The notes under the pieces: generated by a model | What the model was told of the DNA's origin: nothing | The model's input: only the letters and a program-made list of their open reading frames with translations | The model's database searches: none | Position numbers and translations under genes: made by a program | Assembly: GCA_040220235.1 (NCBI GenBank) | Contig: JAVJTO010000119.1 | Source: Coleofasciculus sp. B1-GNL1-01 | GTDB lineage: Bacteria; Cyanobacteriota; Cyanobacteriia; Cyanobacteriales; Coleofasciculaceae | Length of the DNA stretch: 64,000 nt | Direction: 5' to 3' (one strand) | In this document: positions 49,333-61,764 of the stretch, piece after piece | How the letters are laid out: every line of letters starts with the position of its first letter | How positions within the stretch are numbered: position 1 is the first letter of the stretch

Positions 49333-52161
49333 ATGGGTCAGCAAAATCTACCATCCCAAAACGATCATCCATTCCTTGCCCTCGGACGAGTGCTGGAGAC
49401 ATTGCGGGAAGAGGACAATGCTGACGTGTTGATCGAAACTACTCTAAATTACCTGCAAACCGAGTTTGATTACCACCTGATCTGGATTGGGCTTTATGAT
49501 CGCTTGGATCATCGCTTATTTGGTAAAGGGGGTATTGCTCCCACGGGTGATACCGATTTTTTGAAGCACCGATACAACCTGCAACCGGGTGATCTGTTAG
49601 AACAAATCGTGATTCAACAGCGCCCAATCACTGTTCCTGATATTCAGCAAGAAATCCGGGCGGGAGAATGGCGACGAATTGCTACCAATTTAGGGATTCA
49701 GGGAACATTACTGTTTCCCTTACGCGCCAAGGATCAATGTTTTGGTGTCATCTTGTTGGGTTCACATCAATGGGGTATCTCTGCCCAACCCAAAGACACC
49801 GCCCATTTATCCATGGTGTTGGGTGGATTAGCGGCGGCGTTACATGAAATAGAGGTCAATTGGCAACAATCGGCAATGAAACGCCCCGAGGAACCCCTGT
49901 TTCAAGCCCTTGATGAGCTGCTCAAATTGCCCAAGCTGGTTCAGCGTCTGGATAAATTGGTGGCGATGACTCAAGAGTTTATTACGCCGACGCGCACTAA
50001 TATTTATTGGTATCATCCGCAGCAACGCTATTTCTGGCATCGGGTGGGTAATCGTCAATCTCTCCGTAGTGTTGTCGGATTACGCAACGCCAAAGCGGGA
50101 CTTACTGTTGCTGAAGCCAGTGATTTTTATCAGGCGTTAAAGGCGGGTCAGTTAGTCACTATTGGCAGCAGTAGAAGCCAACTCAAGACAGAAACCACAG
50201 AACATATCCTCAATCGACTACGAACTCGTTCGTTGATGGCAGCCCCGATTCAAATTCAAGGGGAATTGTTGGGTTTTCTATCAGTAGAAGAAAACGATCC
50301 GCGAATTTGGGAACGGGCAGAACGGAACTATATTTTAGCCACCGCTCAATTAGTGGCGCTGGTGGTGAGTGGTGAGGAATTAGACACCCAAGTTCAGGTA
50401 AGAATCAAGGATAGCCAGGTGTTAGCAACGATCGCTCAAGTAATTGCCTGTAGTCCCACGCCTGAAGCCGCCCTGAATGAGTCGGGGAAGCTGATTTGCC
50501 AGCATCTGAATACGGATCGATTGGTAATCCTGCAACCCGATCAGTCGGGTCAATTCACTGTTGTGTTTAGCCGACAACCGTCGAATCGCCGTCCTTGTCC
50601 CTCACCCTTACCCCCCCTAGATGATCAGGATCAGCAGTGGTTGAGGGGACGAAAAAAAATGGAGGTGATTGAAGATATTGAGGCGGATGGGTTACTCACA
50701 TCCTGGCGGGAGACGTTCACGCAACTGAATCTGCGATCGCTCCTCATCGAGCCTTTATCCTATCCAGAACATTCCCCTAAACAACCGAGTTTCCTGTTCT
50801 TGATTGGTCATGAGAGTCCTCGAACGTGGAACTCGAATGAACGGGATTTTGTGAAAACTGTAGCCCAACTCATCTATCTGCTGCTAACGCTATCGGGTGA
50901 GTTAGATAACGCCAAACGTTCATTTTTGGCGCATCAAACCCTGCAGTCGGGTCTATTCATGCTTCACTCAGCCCCGAAAGATCCGGTGCGCTTTGAACGG
51001 GCTTGGATTAATTATGTGGCAAAGTTGCTGGAATGTCCGTTGGTGGCGCTGCTCACTTGGACTCCCCAAATTGCTTGGGCGACGGTATCCACGGTGGCGG
51101 TTACGGATTCGCGTTTTGCTCTTCCTCCCGATTTAACCATTTCGGTGGCAACAAATCCCCTGATTCACCAGGCTCTAGCTACCCCCCATTTCTGCTGCTT
51201 TGCGGTGAAGGATCTGCCGGACTCGATTCGTCAATGGTTTAAGAGTCCCGATATTGGTCAAATTTTGGTGATTGCCTTACATCAGGATACCACCTCAGCC
51301 ACGGGACTGATCTTGATTGCGGATCACCAGGAACGAAGTTGGTCTGAAGGTTTGTTATCGGTACTGGAAATCTTAACCCAACAGTTTACTGACTTGCGTG
51401 ACTATCGGTATCGCCTAATGCAACAAACCCAAGAGCGGGAAAACTTGCAAGCTCTCAACTGGTACAAACACCGATGCTTGGAGAAATTGTATCAGTCTGT
51501 GCAGGAGATGAATAATGCCTTACTTTTATTAGACAGTCAGACATATTCTCCGGCGGAAGCCACACAGCAGATTACCAATTCGGCGTTACAAAAGATGCGT
51601 CGTCAGCAACTGCTACACAAGTTAGAAGCCGTTCTAGGAGGTGTGACTCCGATCCTCAAGCAAGAACAGTGGCAACTCAGGACGACGCTACGCCCGATCA
51701 AGTTGGCAACGTTGTTGAAGCGATCGCTGCGACAGGTGGAACCCTTTTATAATCAGCGTCAACTGGTTCTGAATATGCACAATGTCACTCAGTTTACCAT
51801 TTATGGGGATTACCTGAAGCTAGAATGCATTGTGTTGGAGTTGTTGCTCACGATTGGTTTACAATCCCGTGCTGGACGTTGGATTCATCTGTGGTGCTGT
51901 CCCCTACGTTCGGAGACTAAGCCCAGGCTGCGCTCAAGTTCACCTTATCCGTTACTTGAGTTACTGATTTCTCAAAGCAATTCTTTGGAGGAGTGTCAGC
52001 AGGTTCTCACCGTTTCACCGAGAAAATCGCTGCCTAGCTTAAATATGAGAATTTGTCAACAGATTTTGCGGAGTTGGGGAGGCGATCTGCAATTTTACCA
52101 AACCCCAGTCCATGATTATTTGATCCGGTTGCTGTTGCCATTGGAACAGAAGCAGCAGTAA
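49333..52161 (+). CDS. multi-GAF protein with degenerate histidine-kinase-like C-terminus
   Basis: Repeated GAF signatures (LFPL..FGVI; MAAPI...LLGFL; PRTW..ER); C-terminal GDYLKLE..L.ELL and CQQIL..WGGDL, without clear H or G boxes. Confidence 0.8.
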   Translation: MGQQNLPSQNDHPFLALGRVLETLREEDNADVLIETTLNYLQTEFDYHLIWIGLYDRLDHRLFGKGGIAPTGDTDFLKHRYNLQPGDLLEQIVIQQRPITVPDIQQEIRAGEWRRIATNLGIQGTLLFPLRAKDQCFGVILLGSHQWGISAQPKDTAHLSMVLGGLAAALHEIEVNWQQSAMKRPEEPLFQALDELLKLPKLVQRLDKLVAMTQEFITPTRTNIYWYHPQQRYFWHRVGNRQSLRSVVGLRNAKAGLTVAEASDFYQALKAGQLVTIGSSRSQLKTETTEHILNRLRTRSLMAAPIQIQGELLGFLSVEENDPRIWERAERNYILATAQLVALVVSGEELDTQVQVRIKDSQVLATIAQVIACSPTPEAALNESGKLICQHLNTDRLVILQPDQSGQFTVVFSRQPSNRRPCPSPLPPLDDQDQQWLRGRKKMEVIEDIEADGLLTSWRETFTQLNLRSLLIEPLSYPEHSPKQPSFLFLIGHESPRTWNSNERDFVKTVAQLIYLLLTLSGELDNAKRSFLAHQTLQSGLFMLHSAPKDPVRFERAWINYVAKLLECPLVALLTWTPQIAWATVSTVAVTDSRFALPPDLTISVATNPLIHQALATPHFCCFAVKDLPDSIRQWFKSPDIGQILVIALHQDTTSATGLILIADHQERSWSEGLLSVLEILTQQFTDLRDYRYRLMQQTQERENLQALNWYKHRCLEKLYQSVQEMNNALLLLDSQTYSPAEATQQITNSALQKMRRQQLLHKLEAVLGGVTPILKQEQWQLRTTLRPIKLATLLKRSLRQVEPFYNQRQLVLNMHNVTQFTIYGDYLKLECIVLELLLTIGLQSRAGRWIHLWCCPLRSETKPRLRSSSPYPLLELLISQSNSLEECQQVLTVSPRKSLPSLNMRICQQILRSWGGDLQFYQTPVHDYLIRLLLPLEQKQQ

Positions 52162-52296
52162 ATCTGGCACGATTTTTGCGATCGCGAAATTTATACCAAG
52201 TTTTAGTCTACCCCTAAAAAAGCTAATTTATGCTTCATTAAAAAGCCAAGTATAATCAAAATATAATTAGTTTTAAAATTCAATCATTTAAAAACG

Positions 52297-53226
52297 ATGA
52301 CTCTAAGATTTATCAGCCCAAAGACTGATTTTGCTTTCAAGAAAATATTTGGTTCAAAAGATAGCAAAGATATCCTGATTAGCTTTTTAAATGCCTTAAT
52401 TTATGAAGCCAACCCCGTGATTCAGGATTTAGAAATCATTGACCCCTATAATCCTAGAGAGGTGGTGGATCTCAAAGACAGCTATCTCGATGTCAAAGCC
52501 TTACTGGATAATGGCTCAACCGTGCTAATTGAAATGCAAGTCCTCAACCTAGCCTTCTTCGAGAAGCGGATTATTTATAACCTGACCAAAACTTATGGAA
52601 ATCAGCTAAAATATGGCGAAGGATATTCCTACCTGAAACCGGTCATTGCCTTAACAATTACCGACTTTCTCATGTTTGATCAGACACAACGGTATCTAAC
52701 CCGGTTTAGCTTAAAGGAAAACCAGGAATTGTTTGATTATCCTGATCCAGAAATCGAGTTAATTTTTGTAGAATTACCCAAATTCACAAAAACGCTAGAT
52801 CAACTAGAGAGTTTAACAGATAAATGGATTTATTTTATTAAAGAGGCTCCCAGCTTGGAGGTAATTCCCCCCACATTTAGCCAATTTCCGGAACTAGATA
52901 AAGCGATGAATATCGCCAATCAAGCTAATTTGAGTGTAGAGGAAGTGGAAAAATTGCGTAAGCAAGAAATGTTCCTGGAAGACCAACGGGGATCGATTGT
53001 TAAGGCAAAGCAGGAAGCATTAGAAGAAGGAGTAGAACAAGGTCGTCAAGAAGAGAAAATCCGATGGATATTCCGTTTCCTGGAGCGACAGTTTGGATCA
53101 ATTCCGTCAGAAATAAGTCAGGGAATTCAAAACTTATCGGTTGACCAGTTGGAACGTCTCGGAAATGATGTTTTTGATTTCAACAATTTAGAAGAGTTAT
53201 CAAGTTGGTTACAGGAAAATGGGTGA
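52297..53226 (+). CDS. Rpn-family PD-(D/E)XK nuclease / putative transposase with DUF4351-like tail
   Basis: SPKTDFAFKKIFG, LDVKA, IEMQ, FVELPKF, DKWIYF; EEG.EQGRQE, then FG.IP...I..L..DQLE.L...F. Confidence 0.9.
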   Translation: MTLRFISPKTDFAFKKIFGSKDSKDILISFLNALIYEANPVIQDLEIIDPYNPREVVDLKDSYLDVKALLDNGSTVLIEMQVLNLAFFEKRIIYNLTKTYGNQLKYGEGYSYLKPVIALTITDFLMFDQTQRYLTRFSLKENQELFDYPDPEIELIFVELPKFTKTLDQLESLTDKWIYFIKEAPSLEVIPPTFSQFPELDKAMNIANQANLSVEEVEKLRKQEMFLEDQRGSIVKAKQEALEEGVEQGRQEEKIRWIFRFLERQFGSIPSEISQGIQNLSVDQLERLGNDVFDFNNLEELSSWLQENG

Positions 53227-53319
53227 TTTTTGGGCGCTTGTGCGTAAGGTTTCCGGGGGGTCAGGTAATGGCTGAAATCCTTATGTGTTCCTAGACCACC
53301 CCGGAAGGGAACCAAGCCC

Positions 53320-54678
53320 CTACGGGGTTGGAACATTGAGACGCCAACCGGGTTTAACCACTTGACGCGATCGCGCAATCACCAGACAATCATTGGGTGT
53401 ACTTTCGGTGATCACTGAACCCGCCGCTACTGTGACATCTTCGCCCAAGGTTATGGGTGCCACAAGCACACTATTGGAACCCGTCTTCGTGCGATCGCCG
53501 ATTTGAGTGCGATGCTTTTGTACCCCATCATAGTTGGCGGTAATCGTTCCTGCGCCGATATTCACCTGATCCCCTAACGTCGCATCCCCCAGATAAGACA
53601 GGTGGGCGATATTTGTGCGATCGCCAATTTGGGCGTTTTTCAGTTCCACAAAATTCCCCACCCGACAAGATTCCCCAATGCTGACATGACCTCTAAGATG
53701 AGTATAGGGTCCGATTCGGCTATTCTCTTGCACCACCGAATCACTCACCACGGAATACAGCGCCGTGACATTTTCACCTAACTGACTATTTTCAATCAGA
53801 CTTCCCGGTCCAATCCGACTCCCAGAACCAATCACGGTTTTTCCCCGCAGATGGGTTTGAGGTTCAATAATCACATCGGGTTGTAATTCTACGCTGTCAT
53901 CAATGGTAATACTATCGGGATTAATTAACGTTACCCCCGCCATCATCCAGGCTTCCTTTATCCGCGCCTGTAAAATCTGGTAGGCTTGGGCTAACTGGTT
54001 GCGGTTGTTGATGCCTAGAATTTCCTGGTAATCCTCTACATCCACCGCCATGACTGGTTTTAGTTGATGAATCGTATCGGTTAAATAATATTCTTTTTGG
54101 TCATTATTTGACTGTAAATTTGGCAATATTTTTGCCAATTTCTGCCAATTGAAGCAATAAACCCCCGCATTAATGCGACGGTTCTGCTTTTGGGCGGTGG
54201 TGCAGTCTCGATCTTCGACAATCTGAGTGACGAAGTTTTGACTATCACAAAAAACTCGCCCATATCCTTGCGGATTCGGCAGTTGCGCGGTTAATATAGT
54301 CGCGGCATTTTGATGGGTTTTATGGGTGTCTAATAGTTGTTGCAGGGTTTGGGGGCGCAACAGGGGAACATCGCCATTCAGAACCAATAAATCTCCCGTA
54401 AATCCCTCTAACTGGGGGAGGAGTTGTTGTACCGCATGACCCGTTCCCAACTGTTCCGTTTGTTCCACAAATTCGATATCTGGGAACTCGGCGAGAGAAT
54501 GTTTAACTTGTTCGGCTTGATAGCCGACAATCACCAGACACCGCCACGGATTGACACCCAGACAACTCTTAAGAACTCGTTCCACCATTGACAAGGAACC
54601 CAATTTGTGGCATACCTTGGGCAACTTGGATTTCATTCGTGTCCCGCGTCCTGCGGCTAAAATCGCGACTGCAACCAT
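53320..54678 (-). CDS. glmU: bifunctional UDP-GlcNAc pyrophosphorylase / glucosamine-1-P acetyltransferase
   Basis: [47 protein letters not shown]. Confidence 0.98.
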   Translation of the reverse strand: MVAVAILAAGRGTRMKSKLPKVCHKLGSLSMVERVLKSCLGVNPWRCLVIVGYQAEQVKHSLAEFPDIEFVEQTEQLGTGHAVQQLLPQLEGFTGDLLVLNGDVPLLRPQTLQQLLDTHKTHQNAATILTAQLPNPQGYGRVFCDSQNFVTQIVEDRDCTTAQKQNRRINAGVYCFNWQKLAKILPNLQSNNDQKEYYLTDTIHQLKPVMAVDVEDYQEILGINNRNQLAQAYQILQARIKEAWMMAGVTLINPDSITIDDSVELQPDVIIEPQTHLRGKTVIGSGSRIGPGSLIENSQLGENVTALYSVVSDSVVQENSRIGPYTHLRGHVSIGESCRVGNFVELKNAQIGDRTNIAHLSYLGDATLGDQVNIGAGTITANYDGVQKHRTQIGDRTKTGSNSVLVAPITLGEDVTVAAGSVITESTPNDCLVIARSRQVVKPGWRLNVPTP

Positions 54679-54759
54679 GATTGAGATAGGGGTGATCTGC
54701 TACCGAGTTATAGAGTTTCGCTCACTGATAATACCATAGTCGGCTCAAGTATTCCCTCC

Positions 54760-54830
54760 AAACGGGGTTTCTCGTGAGCATGACAACTCTGATATCGGCG
54801 TTTCACCCAAAGAAACTCGGTTTCTTGACC
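54760..54830. repeat. dispersed repeat, copy 2 of the 14634-14707 element
   Basis: Sequence similarity and palindromic AGAAAC..GGTTTCT end. Confidence 0.7.
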
Positions 54831-55155
54831 GGATGCCCTAGTGATATTACACGCCACTGACGGCTAGGGCTAAACTGATAATTGAGATTATAAATCTTTC
54901 TAAATGTTTTAGTTTAATTAATACTTGTAACGGTATATTGATTAAATAAATTGAATTAAGCCATGGGATGAAGATTATCGGCTGTAATGCTCAATTGAGA
55001 TTAAGATATGTTGCTAATTTTGATCAACCTCAAAAAAACTGATTAATCCTCAATTCTTATCCGATTCATTGTGCTATAAAAAAAATACCTTGAATTCCCG
55101 TAAAGCAACTGGTTGAGATGGTAGGGAGTTAACAACTGGATAGGGAAGAATCGCC

Positions 55156-58100
55156 ATGAAAACCCTGTATCGACTACTTATCCCCTTCTGCTTAGTCGCC
55201 GCGTTCACACCGACGCCGCTAGTCTCTCAACCGATTATACCAGCAGCTGATGGAACAGGAACCCAGGTTACACCAGATGGTAACCGCTTTGATATCCAAG
55301 GGGGTAGCGTTTCCGCAGATGGGGCAAATCTGTTTCATAGTTTCCAGCAATTTGGACTCGATTCCGATCAAATTGCCAATTTTCTAGCTAATCCCCAGAC
55401 TCGTAATATTTTAGGGCGGGTGATTGGGGGTGATCCGTCGATGATTAATGGTTTAATCCAAGTTACTGGAAGTAATGCTAACTTATTTTTACTCAACCCA
55501 GCTGGAATTGTTTTTGGTGCAGACGCCCAGTTAAATGTCCCAGCTAACTTTACTGCAACCACGGCTACGAGTATTGGGTTTGGTAATAATCTTTGGTTCA
55601 ATGCTTGGGGTAACAATGACTACCAAATTTTAGTGGGTGTTCCCAATCAATTTGCCTTTGATGTTTCCCAGCCGGGGAGTATTGTGAATGGTGGGAATTT
55701 AGCGGTAGCCGAGGGGCATAATTTAACATTACTGGGGGGTACTGTAATTAACACAGGTCAACTCACCGCACCCGGCGGAACGATTACCATTGCGGCTGTA
55801 CCTGGTGAAAATTTAGTCCGCATTAGTCAACCGGGAAACTTGTTGAGTTTGGAGATTTCTCCACGTCCAACTAATACCGATGAACCGCTACAACTAAATC
55901 CTCTGGATTTGCCAGTATTATTAACGGGTACAGGAGATACTGTAGAGACGGGATTAACTGTTTCTCAAACTAATGAGGTGCAGTTAACCGAATCTGGGAT
56001 AACCCTACCGACTGAAGTCGGAACAGCTATTATTTCCGGTAATTTGGATGTATCGACGCCAGACTTTTCAGCTTCACCACAGATTGGTGGGGAGGTTAAT
56101 GTTTTGGGCGATAACGTGGCACTTCTTGACGCGACGATTAATGCTTCTGGTGCGAATAATGGGGGTACAGTACGGATTGGCGGAGAGTATCAAGGAAGCG
56201 GTACTATTCCCAATGCTTTACAAATTTATGTGAGTCAAAATTCAGTGATTAATGCGGATGCATTGATTGATGGGAATGGCGGAAACGTGATTCTTTGGTC
56301 AGATGAAATCACCCGTTTTTTGGGTAGCATCAGCGCCCGTGGTGGATTGAATGGCGGCGATGGTGGGTTTGTTGAAGTGTCGGGAAAGCAGGGTTTGGAT
56401 TTTCAAGGCGTTGTCGATTTGTTAGCGCCTGCGGGTAATGTAGGAACGCTATTATTAGACCCAACAAATATTACAATTAGTACCGCAGCAGATAGCGGGA
56501 GTATGACATTTGCTGGGGGTATATTTTCCAACACGACGACGACTCCCTCTATTCTTAATACTACGACTCTAGAAAATCAATTAGCTTTAGGCAATGTCAC
56601 CGTTTCTACCGCTTCGGGTTTGCCAGATGCGGGAACGATTACTGTGGATAATCCGATTACCTGGAGTAGTAACTCGTCGCTAACACTTTTTGCTGATACT
56701 GATATTAATGTTAATGCGGATATTAGCTATTCGGGGACGGCTGATACTGCCCTAATTTTACAAGCGAATAATAGTATTCTTTTAAATTCAGATGTAGATA
56801 TAACAGCCGATAATATAGGGAAGTTAGATGTTACTCTTAATGCTGACCGAGATGGGAGTGGCGCAGGGGCGATTCTCCTTAACCCGGGTTCAGCTATCAA
56901 TTCCAATGGCGGTGATATTATTCTGGGGGGTGGTAGTAACCCGTTAACGAATCCGGCGGTCGGTACAAGTGATTTAATATCATTAGTGACTACTCCTGGC
57001 ATTATCCTTAACAATGCCATACTCAATTCTGGAATAGGCAATATTTCGATTACGGGTAAAGGTGTTGATGGTACAAACCAGTCCCCAGGTATTTTCGTCA
57101 CAACTGGGACAAGCATTCAAAGTACCACGGGTAATATCACGTTAACGGGAACAGGCGGGATGGGAGGAGATGATAATCAAGGAATTTTTCTTGTACAAGA
57201 AGACACTACAATTCGTTCAATCGATGGCAATATCAGTCTAACCGGAATAGGACAAGGAACAGGACGCGAAAATAGTGGTATTCGAGTTGATAACTTTTTC
57301 GGTGGTAGGGGTCTTATTGTCGAAACCACAGGGAGTGGTACTATAACCTTTAATGGTACGGGAAGTAGCGCGGGAACTCAAGCCAATGATGGTATTGTTT
57401 TGGGTGTTGGTAATATCAGAATTCGTTCAGTCAATGGTGATATCAATCTGACAGGAATCGGACAAGGTTCAACAACTCAAAGTGATGGGGTAGAAATTGC
57501 TGAAGATTCCATTGTGGAAGCGACTGGAAATGGAACTATCCTATTAAATGGTACGGGCGGTAGTGGTATTAGTGATAATCAAGGGGTGCGGATATGGAAA
57601 TCCTCCCAGGTGCGAACCAATAGCGGAACCGTAGATGTGATTGGTGTTAGGGGTACGGGAACGGATTCTTATGGAATTCAGTTCGCTGAAAATGGAGAGT
57701 TGGGACAAGAAACGCAAACGGGTAACCTGACACTGACGACGGATTCGTTGGATATTGATAATACGTTTAATCTGGTGGGTACGGGACAATTACAGGTACA
57801 ACCGTTAACCTCCAGTTTAGGAATGACAATTGGCGATACGGCTGTGGGTACATTAAGCCTGGATACCGATATGCTGGCTAGTTTCCGCAATGGATTTTCG
57901 CAAATTCTTATTGGTGGCGCGAATCGTAGTGGCGCAATTACCCTAGCTAATAATGTTACCTTTAATGACCCAGTAGTTTTGCGATCGCCAACCAACTCAG
58001 GTTCGATTACGACGACAGGTTATACCTTAACCGGAATCGATGACGCCACAATTCAGCTAGAAGCGAATCAAGATATTATAACGGGCGATATTATTAATCC

Positions 58101-61100
58101 CGGTGGGGAGATTAGGCTAACTAGCAATAACGGGATTATCGACACTCATCGCGGAATCCTCAATACTAGCGCCGCAACCGGGGATGGGGGAGATGTTACT
58201 CTCACGGCTGACACGATTAATCCCGGTTCTATTAATACCTCTGCGGGTGCTGGAGGTGGTGGTAATATCAGCTTAAATGGTACTGTGACTCTGACTCAAC
58301 CGGATACAACCTTCACCACCACAGGGATGACGGTTGGGGGTGATATGATATTCACCAATACGCTCAATGGTGTCACGCCTGATAGCCAAAACCTGACCCT
58401 AAATTCAGGTACGGGTACTATTACGTTTGAGGATAGTGTCGGGAATACGGTTAGTCTGGCAGACTTAAACATTAATAGTACAAGTATCACCCAATTCAAG
58501 GGTGCTGTAACCGTTGAGAGTCTGACTACCGATGATGGGGGTATGACTCAAATTCGTGGGAATGTGATAACGAACGGAGAGTTGGGTCAAACCTACCGTG
58601 ATGACGTTACCCTGATTGGCGATATTGAATTAACAGGTGACGAAATTAATTTTTTCGGGAATGTATCGGGGAATGGGACTTTGACTTTACAACCCTTTAG
58701 TCCCAGTCACGCGATCGCGCTTAACGGTGCAACCGATACTAACACAGAACAGCTAGACCTGTCAGCCCGGGATATCAACGCCTTACAACAGGGTTTCGAG
58801 TCTATCACCATCGGGCGTAATAACAGCAGTGGCGCGATTACCCTGGCTGATGATGTGACGTTTAATGACTCAGTGACATTGCGATCGCCCATGGGTGATG
58901 GTTCGATCAATACCACTGGATTTACTCTAACCGGAAACGGTGACATGACGCTACTAGCGAACCAAGATATTAACACAGGTACGATTAACAATCCAGGCGC
59001 AGCGGTGACACTGACCAGTCGTTCCGGTAATATCAATACGGATAGTGGGACAATTTACACGCGATCAAGTATAGGCAAAGGAGGCGCGATCGCACTGAAT
59101 GCCCGTAACACTATCACGACTGGGAATTTAGACTCAGGTTCTGCGTCTGGAACTCCAGGACCCATTATGCTTAATGCAGGTAACCAGATTACGTTCAATC
59201 GTCCCCTAATTTTACCTGGAGATTTCTCGGTGAGTATCCCCAACTCCGGTATGATTATTTTTAATAGTACCGTTGACGGAACCTACGATCTTACCCTTAA
59301 TCCCGGTGATGGTATTGTTCAGTTTAATGATCGGGTTGGCAGCTTGCAACCGTTGCAAAGTTTATGGGTTCAAGGTGATATTACCACCAATAATCAAATT
59401 GGGATAGATATCACAGCCCAGAATACGATCAAAACGGGTGATATTACTGCCCCTGGCGGGATTAATTTGTTCAGCCACAACGGACAAATCTCCACAGGTA
59501 TTCTGGATACCTCCGCTTCTGGTAATGGTGGCAATAGTAAGCTAACGGCTAATGACAGGATTACTGTTAGCTATATTAATACTCAGAGTCTCAATGGTAT
59601 AGGCGGAAACGTTGAAATTACAACCAACCATTTCTTCCAGGCGACTGACTCTTTCATCGACCAAAATGGTATCAATGCCAGTATTTCTACGGCTGGAGGG
59701 ATAGACGGTGGCAGCATTATTATCCGTCATGGGGGAAACGGTGTTGTCCCATTTATTGTGGGTAATTCCCAAACCAATGGTAGCCGAGGTGCAATCACCC
59801 GAGGGGATGCTACACCAGACCAAACAATTCTACCCAATCAAGCTTATTTCTTCAGCCATACCCAGGATGAAGAACGGATACAAATTTTATCATCCCCTGT
59901 CCCTTTCATTCTCGATGAATTCCTCATTCGAGAAGCCAAACCCAACCTAGAGACAGATGTAGATATTATCGAATCTTTAAACAATCTAATTGGGCAGGGT
60001 TTAGAAGCCGAAATCGAAATTGAGGAAGATCCAGAAACTGGCAAAAAAAGGATGGTGCAGCGCTTTTACACTCCAGGAACTCTCTCGATTAATCTTGAAA
60101 CTTCCTTATCAGTGGGTCAGACTGACCAACTGTTTGAGGAGCAATTTGAGAAGTATTTCCAGCAAAATCTAAGCCGTGAAATTATCACCGCCGAAGGCTT
60201 GCGAGACACCCTAACCACTCTAAAAGATCAAACTGGAAAGAGTTCCGGCGTTGTCTATGTACGTTCACTGACCAACCATCTAGAACTGCTGTTAGTTCTT
60301 CCTCAAGGTTATCCTATTCGCAAGAGAATCCCAACCGCCAATGCCAAAGAATTACAACAAACCTTGACAGAATTTCGCCAAACCGTCACCGATTCCTATC
60401 GCCCCAAAGCCTACCTCGCCCCCGCGCAACAACTGTATAATTGGATAATTGCCCCTCTAGAATCTGAGCTAGAAGAACAGGGAATTGATACGCTGATCTT
60501 TTGTATGGACGCAGGTTTGCGGACAATTCCCATGGCAGCACTTCATGATGGCAACCAATTTCTTGTAGAAAAATATTCAATTGGTTCTATACCCAGCATG
60601 AGTCTCACCAATCAGCGCTATAAAACAATCAAAAATGCCCAAGTTTTAGCCATGGGAGCATCTAAATTTCAAGACTTACCCCCGCTTCCGGCTGTACCCA
60701 ATGAATTGCAGATTATTACTAAAGAATTATGGTCGGGTCAATCTTTTTTAAACGAAGACTTTACCCTAAATAATCTGAAACAACAACGCCAGCAATTTGA
60801 TATTATCCACCTTGCCACTCACGCCGACTTCCGACCAAATGACCCCAGTCATTCCTATATTCAACTCTGGGATGAAAAACTCCGGTTAAATCAGCTAAGG
60901 CAAATCGGTTGGAATCAGTCGCCTCAAGTTGAGTTATTAGTCTTGAGTGCTTGTCGCACCGCTATTGGCGATGTGAATGCGGAGTTAGGGTTTGCGGGAT
61001 TAGCGGTGAATGCGGGAGTGAAATCTGCCTTAGCCAGTCTCTGGTATGTCAGTGATGGCAGCACATTGGCGCTGATGAGCGAGTTTTATCGGCAATTAAG

Positions 61101-61308
61101 TCAACCGGAAGTAACAACTAAAGCAGAAGCATTGCAACGCGCCCAAATTGCTATGCTACGGGGACAGGTGCGTCTGGAGAATGGTCAATTACACGGTATT
61201 GGTATGGAGGGAATTCCTTTACCCTCGGAACTAAAAGGCAGAGGTAATCAAGATTTTTCTCATCCTTATTACTGGGCGGCATTTACGATGATTGGTAGTC
61301 CTTGGTAG
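55156..61308 (+). CDS. filamentous-haemagglutinin (TPS) domain beta-helix protein with C-terminal CHAT protease
   Basis: Signal peptide; [41 protein letters not shown] / LVLSACRT / ASLW / HPYYWAAF. Confidence 0.93.
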   Translation: MKTLYRLLIPFCLVAAFTPTPLVSQPIIPAADGTGTQVTPDGNRFDIQGGSVSADGANLFHSFQQFGLDSDQIANFLANPQTRNILGRVIGGDPSMINGLIQVTGSNANLFLLNPAGIVFGADAQLNVPANFTATTATSIGFGNNLWFNAWGNNDYQILVGVPNQFAFDVSQPGSIVNGGNLAVAEGHNLTLLGGTVINTGQLTAPGGTITIAAVPGENLVRISQPGNLLSLEISPRPTNTDEPLQLNPLDLPVLLTGTGDTVETGLTVSQTNEVQLTESGITLPTEVGTAIISGNLDVSTPDFSASPQIGGEVNVLGDNVALLDATINASGANNGGTVRIGGEYQGSGTIPNALQIYVSQNSVINADALIDGNGGNVILWSDEITRFLGSISARGGLNGGDGGFVEVSGKQGLDFQGVVDLLAPAGNVGTLLLDPTNITISTAADSGSMTFAGGIFSNTTTTPSILNTTTLENQLALGNVTVSTASGLPDAGTITVDNPITWSSNSSLTLFADTDINVNADISYSGTADTALILQANNSILLNSDVDITADNIGKLDVTLNADRDGSGAGAILLNPGSAINSNGGDIILGGGSNPLTNPAVGTSDLISLVTTPGIILNNAILNSGIGNISITGKGVDGTNQSPGIFVTTGTSIQSTTGNITLTGTGGMGGDDNQGIFLVQEDTTIRSIDGNISLTGIGQGTGRENSGIRVDNFFGGRGLIVETTGSGTITFNGTGSSAGTQANDGIVLGVGNIRIRSVNGDINLTGIGQGSTTQSDGVEIAEDSIVEATGNGTILLNGTGGSGISDNQGVRIWKSSQVRTNSGTVDVIGVRGTGTDSYGIQFAENGELGQETQTGNLTLTTDSLDIDNTFNLVGTGQLQVQPLTSSLGMTIGDTAVGTLSLDTDMLASFRNGFSQILIGGANRSGAITLANNVTFNDPVVLRSPTNSGSITTTGYTLTGIDDATIQLEANQDIITGDIINPGGEIRLTSNNGIIDTHRGILNTSAATGDGGDVTLTADTINPGSINTSAGAGGGGNISLNGTVTLTQPDTTFTTTGMTVGGDMIFTNTLNGVTPDSQNLTLNSGTGTITFEDSVGNTVSLADLNINSTSITQFKGAVTVESLTTDDGGMTQIRGNVITNGELGQTYRDDVTLIGDIELTGDEINFFGNVSGNGTLTLQPFSPSHAIALNGATDTNTEQLDLSARDINALQQGFESITIGRNNSSGAITLADDVTFNDSVTLRSPMGDGSINTTGFTLTGNGDMTLLANQDINTGTINNPGAAVTLTSRSGNINTDSGTIYTRSSIGKGGAIALNARNTITTGNLDSGSASGTPGPIMLNAGNQITFNRPLILPGDFSVSIPNSGMIIFNSTVDGTYDLTLNPGDGIVQFNDRVGSLQPLQSLWVQGDITTNNQIGIDITAQNTIKTGDITAPGGINLFSHNGQISTGILDTSASGNGGNSKLTANDRITVSYINTQSLNGIGGNVEITTNHFFQATDSFIDQNGINASISTAGGIDGGSIIIRHGGNGVVPFIVGNSQTNGSRGAITRGDATPDQTILPNQAYFFSHTQDEERIQILSSPVPFILDEFLIREAKPNLETDVDIIESLNNLIGQGLEAEIEIEEDPETGKKRMVQRFYTPGTLSINLETSLSVGQTDQLFEEQFEKYFQQNLSREIITAEGLRDTLTTLKDQTGKSSGVVYVRSLTNHLELLLVLPQGYPIRKRIPTANAKELQQTLTEFRQTVTDSYRPKAYLAPAQQLYNWIIAPLESELEEQGIDTLIFCMDAGLRTIPMAALHDGNQFLVEKYSIGSIPSMSLTNQRYKTIKNAQVLAMGASKFQDLPPLPAVPNELQIITKELWSGQSFLNEDFTLNNLKQQRQQFDIIHLATHADFRPNDPSHSYIQLWDEKLRLNQLRQIGWNQSPQVELLVLSACRTAIGDVNAELGFAGLAVNAGVKSALASLWYVSDGSTLALMSEFYRQLSQPEVTTKAEALQRAQIAMLRGQVRLENGQLHGIGMEGIPLPSELKGRGNQDFSHPYYWAAFTMIGSPW

Positions 61309-61764
61309 AGGAATATTTTTGAGGGAACCTGGTTTGTAGGGGCGGGTTTCACTACTATCGTTTCTTGGCTAACCCAGATGTCACTAAACCTGCCCCGACT
61401 GAGTGTAATATAGCACTACGCACTCGGAATTATATTTTTTCAACGCAGAGGGGCGCAGAGGGTAGCGCAGAGGGGCGCAGAGGAATTGGCAGTATTTGAG
61501 GGACAAGTTTAGAGATTTGGACACCAAATGTTCTCTACCCTCTACCCCCTACACCCTGTCTCAGCCATAATAGCCCGTGAAAAGTTAGCTGCCCCCCTGC
61601 TGTCTCCTGAAACTCTACCCGATGGGATTCCGGAAAAATTGTTCATCTATAGAAATATGGAAAATGAGGGTGACTTGAGCAAGGGTAAGCCATCAAAAAG
61701 TCCCCGAAGCAGCAGGAAGTAAACACCGAAATGCCACGCCAGATAAGTATTTTGGATAGGTTTT

